From: Collinsella sp.
GTDB taxonomy: Bacteria; Actinomycetota; Coriobacteriia; Coriobacteriales; Coriobacteriaceae
Direction of reading: 5' to 3'
DNA length: 64,000 nucleotides
Assembly (NCBI GenBank): GCA_019414045.1
Contig: DXMW01000018.1
Span: forward strand, 4,872-68,871
Made by a program: the position numbers and the translations under genes. This document shows positions 30,483 to 39,931 of the stretch, in pieces; the stretch's first letter is position 1, and each line of letters begins with the position of its first letter. The notes below the pieces were generated by a model. That model ran no database searches, had not been told where the DNA came from, and saw only the letters and a list, made by a program, of their open reading frames with translations.

Positions 30483-31490
30483 TTACTCGGCGTGTGCGTA
30501 ATCCACCTTGGCGCGGCGAGCGGTAGCCTTCTCCCAATCGCTGGTGCCCTCAAAGACATCCTGCTTGTAGGGATTGCGGCCGAGCTTTTTGGCGCGGTAG
30601 GCGATGTAGATGATCGCGGCGACGTTGGCGATCAGTGCGGCGATCGAGACCGCGGTAGCGGCGCCGGGGTCGAGCGTGGAGTGGGTCACAAAGACGGACT
30701 CCTCCTGGAAGTACGGGAACACCTGGGCGAACATGCACCAAATGGCCAGCGTAAAGGCGCGGTTCTGGATCCAGCCGCCCTTGTTCCAGATAAAGGCGGC
30801 GACGGTGGGCGCCAACAGCAGCGCAAAGCCGCAGAACCAGGAATGGGTGGGCAGGCAGTTGTAGGTGTAGCAGAAGTTCCAGATGTCGTAGGCGATGATG
30901 TAGACCCAGGTCATGTCGGGCCACAGCATGTCGGTTTGATCCTCGGAGGCGTAGACGCTCCACCAACCGGTCATGCAGAAGATGTTGATGATACCGGCGA
31001 TGCCGTTGAACACGTTGTTCCAGCCGGCCAGCTGCGTAGCACCTTCGGAGGTGACCCAAGTGGACTGGCCCAGGACAAAGAAGTGGTAGGCGCTCTCGAA
31101 GTCGGACACGACGGCAATCATGATGTTGATGGCGACGATCACAAACGGCCACGCACGGAACCAATGCGCCTTGCCGATCTTTCCCCACTGGTACTTAATG
31201 GCAATGAAGCCCCAGCAACCGGCCAGCGCCGCGTATACCTTGGCGTAGTGGAACCAGCTGTTCTGGTACACATGGGTGGGGTTGGTGAGTGCCCACTCGG
31301 CACCCTGCGAAACGCCGATGGCGATGGCGACGCAGTAGATGGTCATGGCCAGCGGAGCCACGCCAAAGATGATTGCCGCGCCCAGCTTGGTGCGGCGGCC
31401 GACCTCGTTGAGCACGATGAGACCAATAAAGACCATGGCCCAGCCGGCCCAGTGGATAAGGGTATCGCTACCCCAAATATCGAACAGCAT
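30483..31490 (-). CDS. Multi-pass membrane protein, DUF5692-like
   Basis: WFHYAKVY, AINIMIAV, DMLWPDM, YDIWNF, WIQNRAFTL motifs. Confidence 0.8.
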   Translation of the reverse strand: MLFDIWGSDTLIHWAGWAMVFIGLIVLNEVGRRTKLGAAIIFGVAPLAMTIYCVAIAIGVSQGAEWALTNPTHVYQNSWFHYAKVYAALAGCWGFIAIKYQWGKIGKAHWFRAWPFVIVAINIMIAVVSDFESAYHFFVLGQSTWVTSEGATQLAGWNNVFNGIAGIINIFCMTGWWSVYASEDQTDMLWPDMTWVYIIAYDIWNFCYTYNCLPTHSWFCGFALLLAPTVAAFIWNKGGWIQNRAFTLAIWCMFAQVFPYFQEESVFVTHSTLDPGAATAVSIAALIANVAAIIYIAYRAKKLGRNPYKQDVFEGTSDWEKATARRAKVDYAHAE

Positions 31491-31553
31491 GCTGCTCTCC
31501 TTTCACACGCCCGCGGCTCCTCTTCTGATCGCGGGCAGTTTGGCCAAATGTCG

Positions 31554-32216
31554 TCAGTTCTGGGGCATGCGCTCCGGATACTTGGCGGTATAGCCCTCGA
31601 TGTGGAGCGTCGAGGCGATGATTTCCTTGACCGTCTCGTCGGGCACATCGGGGTGCGTGCGGATATACATCAACAACCCCATGATGAGGGTGTAGAACGT
31701 CTCGTAGACGTGGTCGATGCGTAGCTCATGATGGGCGACAAAGTCCACCACGGTGGTGTCGCAGATATACTGCGCCACGCGCTGAACCACGTTGTGCAAA
31801 AAGCCGCCGTAGAGTGCGCCGCTGCTTGAGGTGAGCGTACTCGGCAGCTCGTGTCCGCTGGCGACCAGGCGCTTAAAGAGCGGGGCGACGGTGTCGAGCG
31901 CGCCCTCGATATCGCCGACGGTGCGGTTGGCATTCCACTGCTCGAGCTCGGAGATAAAACCGTCGATCGCCTCGTCCATAACGGCGGTGACAGCGGCGTC
32001 CATATCGGCAAAATAGTGGTAGAACAATGAACGCGTGCAGCCGGCTCGCTTGGTCACGGCCGATACCGATAGGTGGGACACGCCCAGCTCAGAGCTTACG
32101 GTGCGCACGGCATCGAGGATCTCGCGCCGGCGTTCGTCGCCCGTCAGGCGCTTTGCCGCGCTATCGGATGCGGGAACGGCATCGACCACAGAGGTATCTG
32201 CTGTGTTGCTGCCCAT
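31554..32216 (-). CDS. TetR/AcrR-family regulator
   Basis: RRREILDA...SVSAVTKRAGCTRSLFYHYF HTH. Confidence 0.93.
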   Translation of the reverse strand: MGSNTADTSVVDAVPASDSAAKRLTGDERRREILDAVRTVSSELGVSHLSVSAVTKRAGCTRSLFYHYFADMDAAVTAVMDEAIDGFISELEQWNANRTVGDIEGALDTVAPLFKRLVASGHELPSTLTSSSGALYGGFLHNVVQRVAQYICDTTVVDFVAHHELRIDHVYETFYTLIMGLLMYIRTHPDVPDETVKEIIASTLHIEGYTAKYPERMPQN

Positions 32217-32274
32217 GTTTTGCCGCCTTTCATCCTCTTTTGCCTGACCGTTCGCCTAACAGTCTTGAATATTG

Positions 32275-32312
32275 TTGACAGTTCGTCAATACTATTTTTG
32301 ACACAATGTCAA
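32275..32312. promoter_or_regulatory. Tandem TTGAC-N5-GTCAA palindromes (probable TetR operators) in the divergent promoter
   Basis: ttgacagttcgtcaa (32275-32289) and ttgacacaatgtcaa (32298-32312). Confidence 0.7.
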
Positions 32313-32407
32313 CTAATGGCGGGTGAACGGCATGGGGGGCATGCCCGGCCTGCAAAAAAAGAGGGGCGCCGCGGTCCCGCCGGGCTGTGGCAAGAGAAGG
32401 GACAACC

Positions 32408-35185
32408 ATGATTCTCAACGGACCGGGGATTAGCTACACCGAGCCCGACATCGGTTCGGAGTTCGTGCCGCCGCTGCCGGAGCATCCGCGTGAGGCCATC
32501 GTCAAGCTGTGCGAGCACTGCACCAACCGTCTGCTGCATCGCGATGAGCTGCTGGGCTACGAGTACTGGTCGTTTGCCGAGGCCGCAACCGACGAGCAGG
32601 CCGAAGTGCTCTGCAAGATGAAGATGCGCCGTCCCTATACGCTGCCCGAGATGGTCAAGCTCACCGGCATGCCCGAAGCCGATATCGAGAAGATGCTCGA
32701 CGACATGAGCTACACGGGTCTGCTCGAGTACAACTGGGAAAACCCCGAGCGCGCCAAGCAGTGGGTGCTGCCCATGCTGGTGCCGGGTTCCGCCGAGTTC
32801 CTCAACATGCGCGTGAGCCAGCTCGAGGAGCATCCGGTCTATGCCAAGTTCTTTGAGCAGGCGTCCAAGGGACCGCTGTCCAAGGCCACGCCGATGGTGC
32901 CGCCCGGAGGCGCCGGTATCGGCATGCATGTCATTCCGGTCGAGAAGGCTATCGACGCCGCGAGCACCTCGGTGCCGATCGAGCATATCGAGCATTGGCT
33001 CGACAAATACGATGGCAAATATGCCGCTAGCACCTGCAGCTGCCGCGCGAGCCGTCGCGTGATGGGTGAGGGCTGCGCCGACGACCCGGCCGATTGGTGC
33101 ATCGCCGTGGGCGATATGGCCGACTACGTGGTTGAGACCGATCGTGGCCATTACGTGACCCGCGACGAGGTTTACGACATCCTGCACCAGGCCGAGGACA
33201 ACGGCTTTGTGCACCAGATCACCAATATCGACGGCGAGAACAAGATCTTCGCTATCTGCAACTGCAACGTCAACGTGTGTTATGCCCTGCGCACCTCTCA
33301 GCTGTTCAACACGCCCAACCTGTCGCGCTCGGCCTATGTCGCCAAGGTCGAGAAGGACAAGTGCGTTGCCTGTGGTCGCTGCGTTGAGGTGTGCCCGGCC
33401 GGCGCCGCCAAGCTCGGCCAGAAGCTCTGCAGCAAAAAGGCCGGCGGACAGGTGCCCGAGTATCCGCGCCAGGAGCTGCCCGACGCCACCAAATGGGATC
33501 ACACCAAGTGGTCGCCCAACTACCGCAGCGACAACCGCATCGAGACGCATGAGTCCGGCACCGCTCCCTGCAAGACGGCCTGCCCCGCGCACGTTGCCGT
33601 TCAGGGCTATTTGAAGCTCGCGGCTCAGGGTCGCTATGACGAGGCCCTAGCACTCATCAAGCGCGAGAACCCGCTGCCCGCTATCTGCGGCCGTGTGTGC
33701 AACCGCCGCTGTGAGGATGCCTGCACCCGCGGCCGTGTGGACGCCGCCGTGGCCATCGACGAGGTCAAGAAGTTTATCGCCCAGCGCGATCTGGATGCCG
33801 CGACCCGCTATGTCCCGCCTGTGGTGACCCCGACGCGTGCCGGCGGCTTCGACCAGAAGATCGCCATCATCGGTGCCGGTCCGGCCGGCCTGTCCTGCGC
33901 TTTTTATCTGGCCGAGAAGGGCTACAAGCCCGTCGTGTTCGAGAAGAACGAGCGCCCGGGCGGCATGCTCACCTACGGCATTCCCAGCTTTAAGCTGCAG
34001 AAGGATGTTATCGAGGCCGAGGTCGAGATCATTCGCCTGATGGGTGCCGAGTTCCGCTATGGCGTTGAGGTCGGTCGCGATGTGACGCTCGACGAGCTGC
34101 GCGCGCAGGGCTTTAAGGCCTTCTACGTTGCCATTGGCTGCCAGGGCGGCCGCCTTGCTGGTATTCCGGGTGAGGATGCCGAGGACGTGACCGTGGCCGT
34201 CGACTTTTTGCGCGAGGTCAACAGTGGCATGATCGACGCGCTGCCCGGCCGCACCATTGTGGTGGGCGGCGGCAACGTGGCTATCGATGTCGCGCGCAAC
34301 GCCTGCCGTCTGGGTTCCGAGCACGTTGAGATGTTCTGCCTGGAGAGCGAGGCCCAGATGCCCGCCAGCGAGGAAGAACGTCGCGAGGCCGTTGAGGACG
34401 GCGCTCACATCAGCTGCGGCTGGGGCCCCAAGGAGATTCACCTGGACGAGGCCGGTCGTGTGTGCGGTATCACCTTCAAGCGCTGCACGCGTGTCTTTGA
34501 CGACGAGGGCCGTTTTGCGCCCGAGTACGACGAGAACGATCTGCGCCGTGTCGATGCCGACCGTGTCGTCATGTCGATTGGCCAGTCCATTGTGTGGGGC
34601 GACCTGCTGGCTGGCTCCAAGGTGGAGCTCGGCCGCGGCCAGGGTGCCCTTGCCGATCCCCAGACCTACCAGACCGCCGAGCCAGACATCTTTGTGGGCG
34701 GCGACGTCTACACCGGCCCCAGCTTTGCCATCGACGCCATTGCCGCCGGTCACGAGGCCGCCGTGTCCATCCATCGCTTTGTGCAGCCAGGCTCCACGCT
34801 CACCATCGGCCGCAACCAGCGCCACTACACCGCGCTCGACCGCGACGATGTCGTGATCGAGAGTTACGACAACGCGAGCCGCGAGGTTGCCCACGTGGAC
34901 CGCGAGCGCGAGAAGGCTGCGCCGTTTAGCGAGTATGTTGAGACCTTTACCGAGGAGCAGGTGCGCGCCGAGACCGCCCGCTGCCTGGGCTGCGGCGCCT
35001 CGATCGTCGACCCCAACAAGTGCATCGGCTGCGGCCTGTGCACCACCAAGTGCGCGTTTGACGCCATCCATCTGGATCGCGACCGCCCCGAGTGCTCCAC
35101 GATGGTCAAATACGAGCAAAAGCTCCCAAGCCTCGGCAAGTACGCGCTCAAGCGCGCCATCAAGATCAAATTCGGGAAGAAGTAA
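32408..35185 (+). CDS. Large Fe-S/FAD/NAD(P) oxidoreductase (GltD-like core plus ferredoxin modules and a Cys-rich N-terminal domain)
   Basis: CVACGRCVEVCP, PCKTACP, CGRVCNRRCEDAC, GAGPAG, GGGNVA, RCLGC, CIGCGLCTTKC motifs. Confidence 0.9.
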   Translation: MILNGPGISYTEPDIGSEFVPPLPEHPREAIVKLCEHCTNRLLHRDELLGYEYWSFAEAATDEQAEVLCKMKMRRPYTLPEMVKLTGMPEADIEKMLDDMSYTGLLEYNWENPERAKQWVLPMLVPGSAEFLNMRVSQLEEHPVYAKFFEQASKGPLSKATPMVPPGGAGIGMHVIPVEKAIDAASTSVPIEHIEHWLDKYDGKYAASTCSCRASRRVMGEGCADDPADWCIAVGDMADYVVETDRGHYVTRDEVYDILHQAEDNGFVHQITNIDGENKIFAICNCNVNVCYALRTSQLFNTPNLSRSAYVAKVEKDKCVACGRCVEVCPAGAAKLGQKLCSKKAGGQVPEYPRQELPDATKWDHTKWSPNYRSDNRIETHESGTAPCKTACPAHVAVQGYLKLAAQGRYDEALALIKRENPLPAICGRVCNRRCEDACTRGRVDAAVAIDEVKKFIAQRDLDAATRYVPPVVTPTRAGGFDQKIAIIGAGPAGLSCAFYLAEKGYKPVVFEKNERPGGMLTYGIPSFKLQKDVIEAEVEIIRLMGAEFRYGVEVGRDVTLDELRAQGFKAFYVAIGCQGGRLAGIPGEDAEDVTVAVDFLREVNSGMIDALPGRTIVVGGGNVAIDVARNACRLGSEHVEMFCLESEAQMPASEEERREAVEDGAHISCGWGPKEIHLDEAGRVCGITFKRCTRVFDDEGRFAPEYDENDLRRVDADRVVMSIGQSIVWGDLLAGSKVELGRGQGALADPQTYQTAEPDIFVGGDVYTGPSFAIDAIAAGHEAAVSIHRFVQPGSTLTIGRNQRHYTALDRDDVVIESYDNASREVAHVDREREKAAPFSEYVETFTEEQVRAETARCLGCGASIVDPNKCIGCGLCTTKCAFDAIHLDRDRPECSTMVKYEQKLPSLGKYALKRAIKIKFGKK

Positions 35186-35203
35186 GAAACGCAACAAGCA
35201 GGA

Positions 35204-35354
35204 GAACGGCGCAGAGAGCGGTTGGACAGCGAGCGAGTCCCAGGCGTGGCGAGGTGCCTTGAAAGAGGAGGGCATAGGGCTTTTGCCCATGCCCGACGAT
35301 TGAAAGGCAGATCGCCCGTCTGGGGCTCGCGCAGCGTCAAGCCGACCGCCGTTC
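35204..35354. repeat. About 150-bp imperfect fold-back element
   Basis: Nested pairs gaacggcg/cgccgttc, gcgagtcccaggcg/cgtctggggctcgc, tgcctt/aaggca, gggcatagg/cccatgccc. Confidence 0.65.
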
Positions 35355-35379
35355 GGTAGAACGGCGGAAGGAATTAAAA

Positions 35380-35808
35380 GTGCACGAGCTCGGAATCGTC
35401 TATCACATTATTCGCGATGTTGAGAATGTGGCGCGCGCTCATGGCGTGCGTCGCGTTTCGAGCGTGACGTTGCTGCTGGGCGAGGTCTCGGGCGTCGTTC
35501 CCGACTTGCTACTCGACGCTTGGCGCTGGGCGGCAGATAAAAAGTCTATCGCGCAGGGTGCGGAGCTTATCGTGGAGCCCGTCGAGGCCGTGACACGTTG
35601 CGAGGCGTGCGGCTGCGACTACGCGACGGTCGAGCACGGCAAGACCTGCCCCCATTGCGGCAGCGGCGAGACATACCTGCTGCAGGGCCAGGAGGTCATG
35701 ATCAAGCAGATTGAGACCCCCGACGAGGACCCGGCAGATGCTGCTCCTGACGGCCTCTCCGACGCCCCCGACGCCGTCGACGCCGCCAACCCCCTCCGCA
35801 TCGTCTAG
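35380..35808 (+). CDS. hypA: Nickel metallochaperone HypA
   Basis: MHE start, GEVSGV, CEAC and CPHC zinc site. Confidence 0.93.
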   Translation: MHELGIVYHIIRDVENVARAHGVRRVSSVTLLLGEVSGVVPDLLLDAWRWAADKKSIAQGAELIVEPVEAVTRCEACGCDYATVEHGKTCPHCGSGETYLLQGQEVMIKQIETPDEDPADAAPDGLSDAPDAVDAANPLRIV

Positions 35809-35819
35809 GACCCCCTATA

Positions 35820-35887
35820 AGTTGCGGTGAAATAGTTCCTAAATCCAGCCTTCTGGCTCTTAAACAAGAACTATTCCACCGCAACTA
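35820..35887. repeat. Intergenic inverted repeat
   Basis: agttgcggtgaaatagttc ... gaactattccaccgcaact; the right arm recurs at about 39724-39739. Confidence 0.65.
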
Positions 35888-36211
35888 TTTTGAGTGGTTT
35901 CGTAGAACATAAGTCACGATAATAGTCAAGTCATGTCTGTTTAAACAAAATAGCGGCAGTACAAGCGCATTCGCGCTTGCCAAAATCGATATTAATGAAC
36001 AGCCTGTTTGTATCTGTAAAATGCATGGCTTGATGTGCGACGCCTTGGCGTGTAATGAGTCAAAAGCGGTAACGTAATCAATTTGTAACAAACTTAGACG
36101 TTTAAACAAATACTGCAACCTTTTGCGAATTTAGCTATAATTCCACAAACTAAACAGGTATACTTCCTTAATATCGTGTAGGGAATACGTAGACAAAAAG
36201 GAGGTTATGTG

Positions 36212-37201
36212 ATGGTAAGTATTGTTCTTGCTAGCCACGGGGACTTGGCAGCTGGAATCAAGCAGACGGGCTCGATGGTCTTTGGCGATCAGCCGTCTGT
36301 AGCCGTGGTCTCGCTCGAGCCGAGCATGGGCCCCGACGACTTCCGTGCCAAGGTCGAGGAAGCAATCGCTTCCTTCGAGGACCAGGAGCAGGTGCTCTTC
36401 CTCGTTGATCTGTGGGGCGGCACGCCGTTCAACCAGATCAGCGGGCTCATCGAGGGCCACGATTCCTGGGCTATCGTCACCGGTGTCAACCTGCCTATGC
36501 TCATCGAGGCATATTCGCAGCGCTTTGACGCAAAGAACACTGCACATGCGATCGCAAAACATCTCGTGACTGAGGCTAAGGCTGGCGTGCGCGTCAAGCC
36601 CGAGTCTCTGGAGCCCGAGGAGAAGAAGCCGGCTGCGGCCGCCGCTGCTCCTGCGGGTGCCATTCCTCCGGGAACGGTGATCGGCGACGGGCACATCAAG
36701 ATCGCCCACGTCCGTATCGACACGCGCCTGCTGCATGGTCAGGTGGCCACCACGTGGACCAAGCAGATCAACCCCAACCGCATCATCGTGGTCTCCGACG
36801 GCGTTGCTCACGACGAGCTCCGCAAGACCATGATCGAGCAGGCTGCCCCTCCGGGAGTCCACGCCAACGTCGTGCCTATCAAGAAGATGGCCGAGGTCGT
36901 CAAGGACACGCGCTTTGGCGACACCAAGGCGATGCTGCTGTTCGAGAACCCGCAGGATCTGCTCAGGGCCATCGAGGCCGGCGTCGACATCAAGGAAGCC
37001 AACATCGGTTCCATGGCCCACTCCAAGGGCAAGGTCGTCGTCACTAACGCTGTCGCTATGGGCGATGACGATGTCAAGACCATCGAGGCTCTCAAGGCCA
37101 AGGGCGTCAAGTTCGAGGTCCGCAAGGTTCCTTCGGATTCCTCCGAGGATCTCGACGCCATGTTGAAGAAAGCTAAGGCCGAACTGGCCGCTCAAGCATA
37201 G
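36212..37201 (+). CDS. manX: PTS mannose-family EIIAB
   Basis: ASHG, DLWGGTPFN, GVNLPM, RIDTRLLHGQV motifs. Confidence 0.96.
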   Translation: MVSIVLASHGDLAAGIKQTGSMVFGDQPSVAVVSLEPSMGPDDFRAKVEEAIASFEDQEQVLFLVDLWGGTPFNQISGLIEGHDSWAIVTGVNLPMLIEAYSQRFDAKNTAHAIAKHLVTEAKAGVRVKPESLEPEEKKPAAAAAAPAGAIPPGTVIGDGHIKIAHVRIDTRLLHGQVATTWTKQINPNRIIVVSDGVAHDELRKTMIEQAAPPGVHANVVPIKKMAEVVKDTRFGDTKAMLLFENPQDLLRAIEAGVDIKEANIGSMAHSKGKVVVTNAVAMGDDDVKTIEALKAKGVKFEVRKVPSDSSEDLDAMLKKAKAELAAQA

Positions 37202-37219
37202 TAAAGGAGGGTCCGATAC

Positions 37220-38038
37220 ATGTCTGCAATCACTATTCTGCTTGTTGCGATTGTCGCGTTGCTTGCCGGTATGGAAGGCATTCTGGATGAGTTCCAGTTC
37301 CATCAGCCGCTCGTGGCATGCACGCTTATCGGTCTCGTAACCGGTCACCTTCAGGAGGGCATCCTCCTGGGCGGTTCGCTCCAGATGATGGCCCTTGGCT
37401 GGGCTAACGTCGGCGCCGCCGTCGCGCCTGACGCCGCTCTGGCCTCGGTCGCTTCTTCGATCATCATGGTGCTCGCCCTCAACGGTGGCGCCACCGATTC
37501 GGCCAAGGCCGTTACCGCCGCCATCGCCGTCGCCGTCCCGCTGTCGGTCGCTGGTCTGTTCCTGACCATGATCTGCCGTACCCTGGCTACCGCTATGGTT
37601 CACGCCATGGACGCCTGCGCCGAGAAGGGCGACTTCGCCGGCATCGAGCGTTGGCAGTACGCCGGCATCCTCATGCAGGGTGTTCGTATCGCCATCCCGG
37701 CAGTACTTCTGTGCATCATCCCGGCCGAGGCCGTTACCAACGCGCTTAACGCTATGCCCGATTGGCTGTCCGGCGGCATGGCTGTCGGCGGCGGCATGGT
37801 CGCTTCCGTCGGTTACGCCATGGTCATCAACATGATGGCCACCAAGGAGACCTGGCCGTTCTTCATCCTCGGCTTTGTCCTTGCTGCCATCCCTCAGCTC
37901 ACGCTGATCGCCCTTGGCCTCATCGGCATCTCCCTTGCCCTCATCTACCTTGGCCTTAAGGATCTGGCCAAGCAGGGTGGCGGCATGGGCGGTGGCTCCG
38001 GTGACCCGCTCGGCGACATTCTGAACGATTACGAGTAG
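37220..38038 (+). CDS. manY: PTS mannose-family EIIC
   Basis: DEFQFHQPLVACTLIGLV, GAAVAPD, VGYAMVIN motifs. Confidence 0.96.
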   Translation: MSAITILLVAIVALLAGMEGILDEFQFHQPLVACTLIGLVTGHLQEGILLGGSLQMMALGWANVGAAVAPDAALASVASSIIMVLALNGGATDSAKAVTAAIAVAVPLSVAGLFLTMICRTLATAMVHAMDACAEKGDFAGIERWQYAGILMQGVRIAIPAVLLCIIPAEAVTNALNAMPDWLSGGMAVGGGMVASVGYAMVINMMATKETWPFFILGFVLAAIPQLTLIALGLIGISLALIYLGLKDLAKQGGGMGGGSGDPLGDILNDYE

Positions 38039-38054
38039 GAGGGGAGTGATACAT

Positions 38055-38975
38055 ATGGCAGAGAACAAGATTCAGCTCACCAAGGCTGACCGTAAGAAGG
38101 TTTGCTTCCGTCATCAGTTCCTTCAGGGCTCGTGGAACTACGAGCGTATGCAGAACGGCGGCTGGTGCTTCGCAATGATCCCTGCGATCAAGAAGCTCTA
38201 CACCAGCAAGGATGACCAGATTGCCGCTCTTAAGCGCCACCTGGAGTTCTATAACACCCACCCCTATGTTTCCGCCCCCGTCATTGGCGTTACCCTCGCC
38301 CTCGAGGAGGAGCGCGCCAACGGTGCTCCGATTGACGACGTCGCCATTCAGGGCGTCAAGGTCGGTATGATGGGCCCGCTCGCCGGCGTCGGCGACCCCG
38401 CCTTCTGGTTCACCCTTCGCCCGATTCTGGGTGCACTGGGCGCTTCCCTGGCCCTGTCCGGCAGCATCGCCGGTCCGCTGCTGTTCTTCTTCGCGTGGAA
38501 CATCATCCGTTACGCCTTCCTGTGGTACACGCAGGAGTTTGGCTACAAGGTCGGCTCCTCCATCGCCAAGGACCTCTCCGGCGGTCTGATGGGCAAGGTC
38601 ACCGAGGGTGCTTCCATCCTGGGTATGTTCATCATCGGCGCCCTGGTCGAGCGCTGGGTGTCCATCTCCTTCACCCCGGTCGTCTCCAAGGTCACGCAGT
38701 CCGCTGGCGCCTATATCGACTGGGCCAACCTGCCCGCCGGTTCTGAGGGCATCAAGCAGGCATTGACGATGTACAGCTCTGTCGGTGCCAACGCACTCGA
38801 CCCGGTGAAGGTCACCACGCTTCAGGCCAACCTCGATCAGCTCATCCCCGGCCTTGCCGCCGTGTGCCTGACCCTTCTGGTCTGCAAACTCCTCAAGAAG
38901 AAGGTCAGCCCGATCGTCATCATCCTGGCTCTCTTCGCCGTCGGCATCATCGGTCGCGTCTGCGGCTTCATGTAA
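38055..38975 (+). CDS. manZ: PTS mannose-family EIID
   Basis: SWNYERMQ, FYNTHP, MGPLAGVGD motifs. Confidence 0.96.
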   Translation: MAENKIQLTKADRKKVCFRHQFLQGSWNYERMQNGGWCFAMIPAIKKLYTSKDDQIAALKRHLEFYNTHPYVSAPVIGVTLALEEERANGAPIDDVAIQGVKVGMMGPLAGVGDPAFWFTLRPILGALGASLALSGSIAGPLLFFFAWNIIRYAFLWYTQEFGYKVGSSIAKDLSGGLMGKVTEGASILGMFIIGALVERWVSISFTPVVSKVTQSAGAYIDWANLPAGSEGIKQALTMYSSVGANALDPVKVTTLQANLDQLIPGLAAVCLTLLVCKLLKKKVSPIVIILALFAVGIIGRVCGFM

Positions 38976-39095
38976 GCACGCTTCGGCTTAAGACCGAGAG
39001 TTGCTAGGCAAGGGCTTTTGAGCCATTGAAACGGACCGCACCCGGTGGGTACACTGGATGCGGTCCGATTGTTTTATTTGGAGGGCGAGGCGCGT

Positions 39096-39494
39096 ATGGC
39101 GCAATCTCAGAACAGCACGGTCGATCTGGCAACGCCGGCAACCTGCCTGATGGGGCTTACCAGTCACGGTAACGTGATGGTGGGCAATAAGGCGTTTGAG
39201 TACTATAACGAGCGCAATCCCGAGGATTATATCCAAATCCCGTGGGACGAGGTCGACTATATTGCCGCCGAGGTTTTGCGCGGCACCAAGAAGATTACGC
39301 GTTTTGCCATCTTTACCAAAGAGAATGGCCACTTTACGTTTTCGACGCGCAATGACAAGGAAACGCTTCGCGCGGTGCGTAAGTACATTGACGAGGACAA
39401 GCTCGTTCGTTCGCCCGACTTTATCGATGTGACGGCCAAGGGCGCCAAGAGCATCCCCTCCGTCATCAAGAACCTTTTCCACAAAGGCAACTAG
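39096..39494 (+). CDS. DUF956 (ManO-like) protein
   Basis: MAQSQNSTVDL...GNKAFEYYNERNPEDYIQIPW; follows the EIID gene. Confidence 0.85.
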   Translation: MAQSQNSTVDLATPATCLMGLTSHGNVMVGNKAFEYYNERNPEDYIQIPWDEVDYIAAEVLRGTKKITRFAIFTKENGHFTFSTRNDKETLRAVRKYIDEDKLVRSPDFIDVTAKGAKSIPSVIKNLFHKGN

Positions 39495-39518
39495 CCATTA
39501 AAGAGCGCCCCCTAAAGT

Positions 39519-39718
39519 GGGACGCGGTTTCCCATGAGGCTCGATCGGGAAAGTGCATCCCGGTTCGAGTGCCGATTGCGGGATGTAGTTTCCGGAACGG
39601 GCCCGTTTGGGAAACCGTGTCCCGTTTCGAGTCGAAATTCTGGGACACAGTTTCCCAGCGAGGTCCCATGGGGAAAGTCTGACCCAGAATTTGCCTGGAT
39701 AGTGGGACGCACTTTCCG
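39519..39718. repeat. Array of seven alternating-orientation 15-bp units (62-bp period)
   Basis: Units start at 39519, 39547, 39580, 39609, 39642, 39671 and 39704; consensus about GGGAAA(G/C)YGYRTCCC. Confidence 0.85.
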
Positions 39719-39797
39719 GAGGGCTGTTCCACCGCAACTTCGAAGAGTGGCTACACGCTGCATCACAACGTGTAAATCTGCTACACTAGTACAACAT

Positions 39798-39873
39798 GCC
39801 TCCGTAGCTCAGGGGATAGAGCACCGCTCTCCTAAAGCGGGTGTCGACGGTTCGAATCCGCCCGGGGGCACCA
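39798..39873 (+). tRNA. tRNA-Arg (anticodon CCT)
   Basis: GCCTCCG/CGGGGGC acceptor stem, CCGCT-CT-CCT-AA-AGCGG anticodon arm, GGTTCGAATCC, encoded CCA. Confidence 0.97.
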
Positions 39874-39931
39874 GAAGATTATAACGGCGTCGCGAGAGCG
39901 GCGCCGTTTCTGGTTTGTGGGAGCTGCCGAC

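Noticed and set aside
39519..39718. CRISPR array
   Set aside because: Units are only 15 bp, alternate in orientation, have short spacers, and no cas genes are in the window
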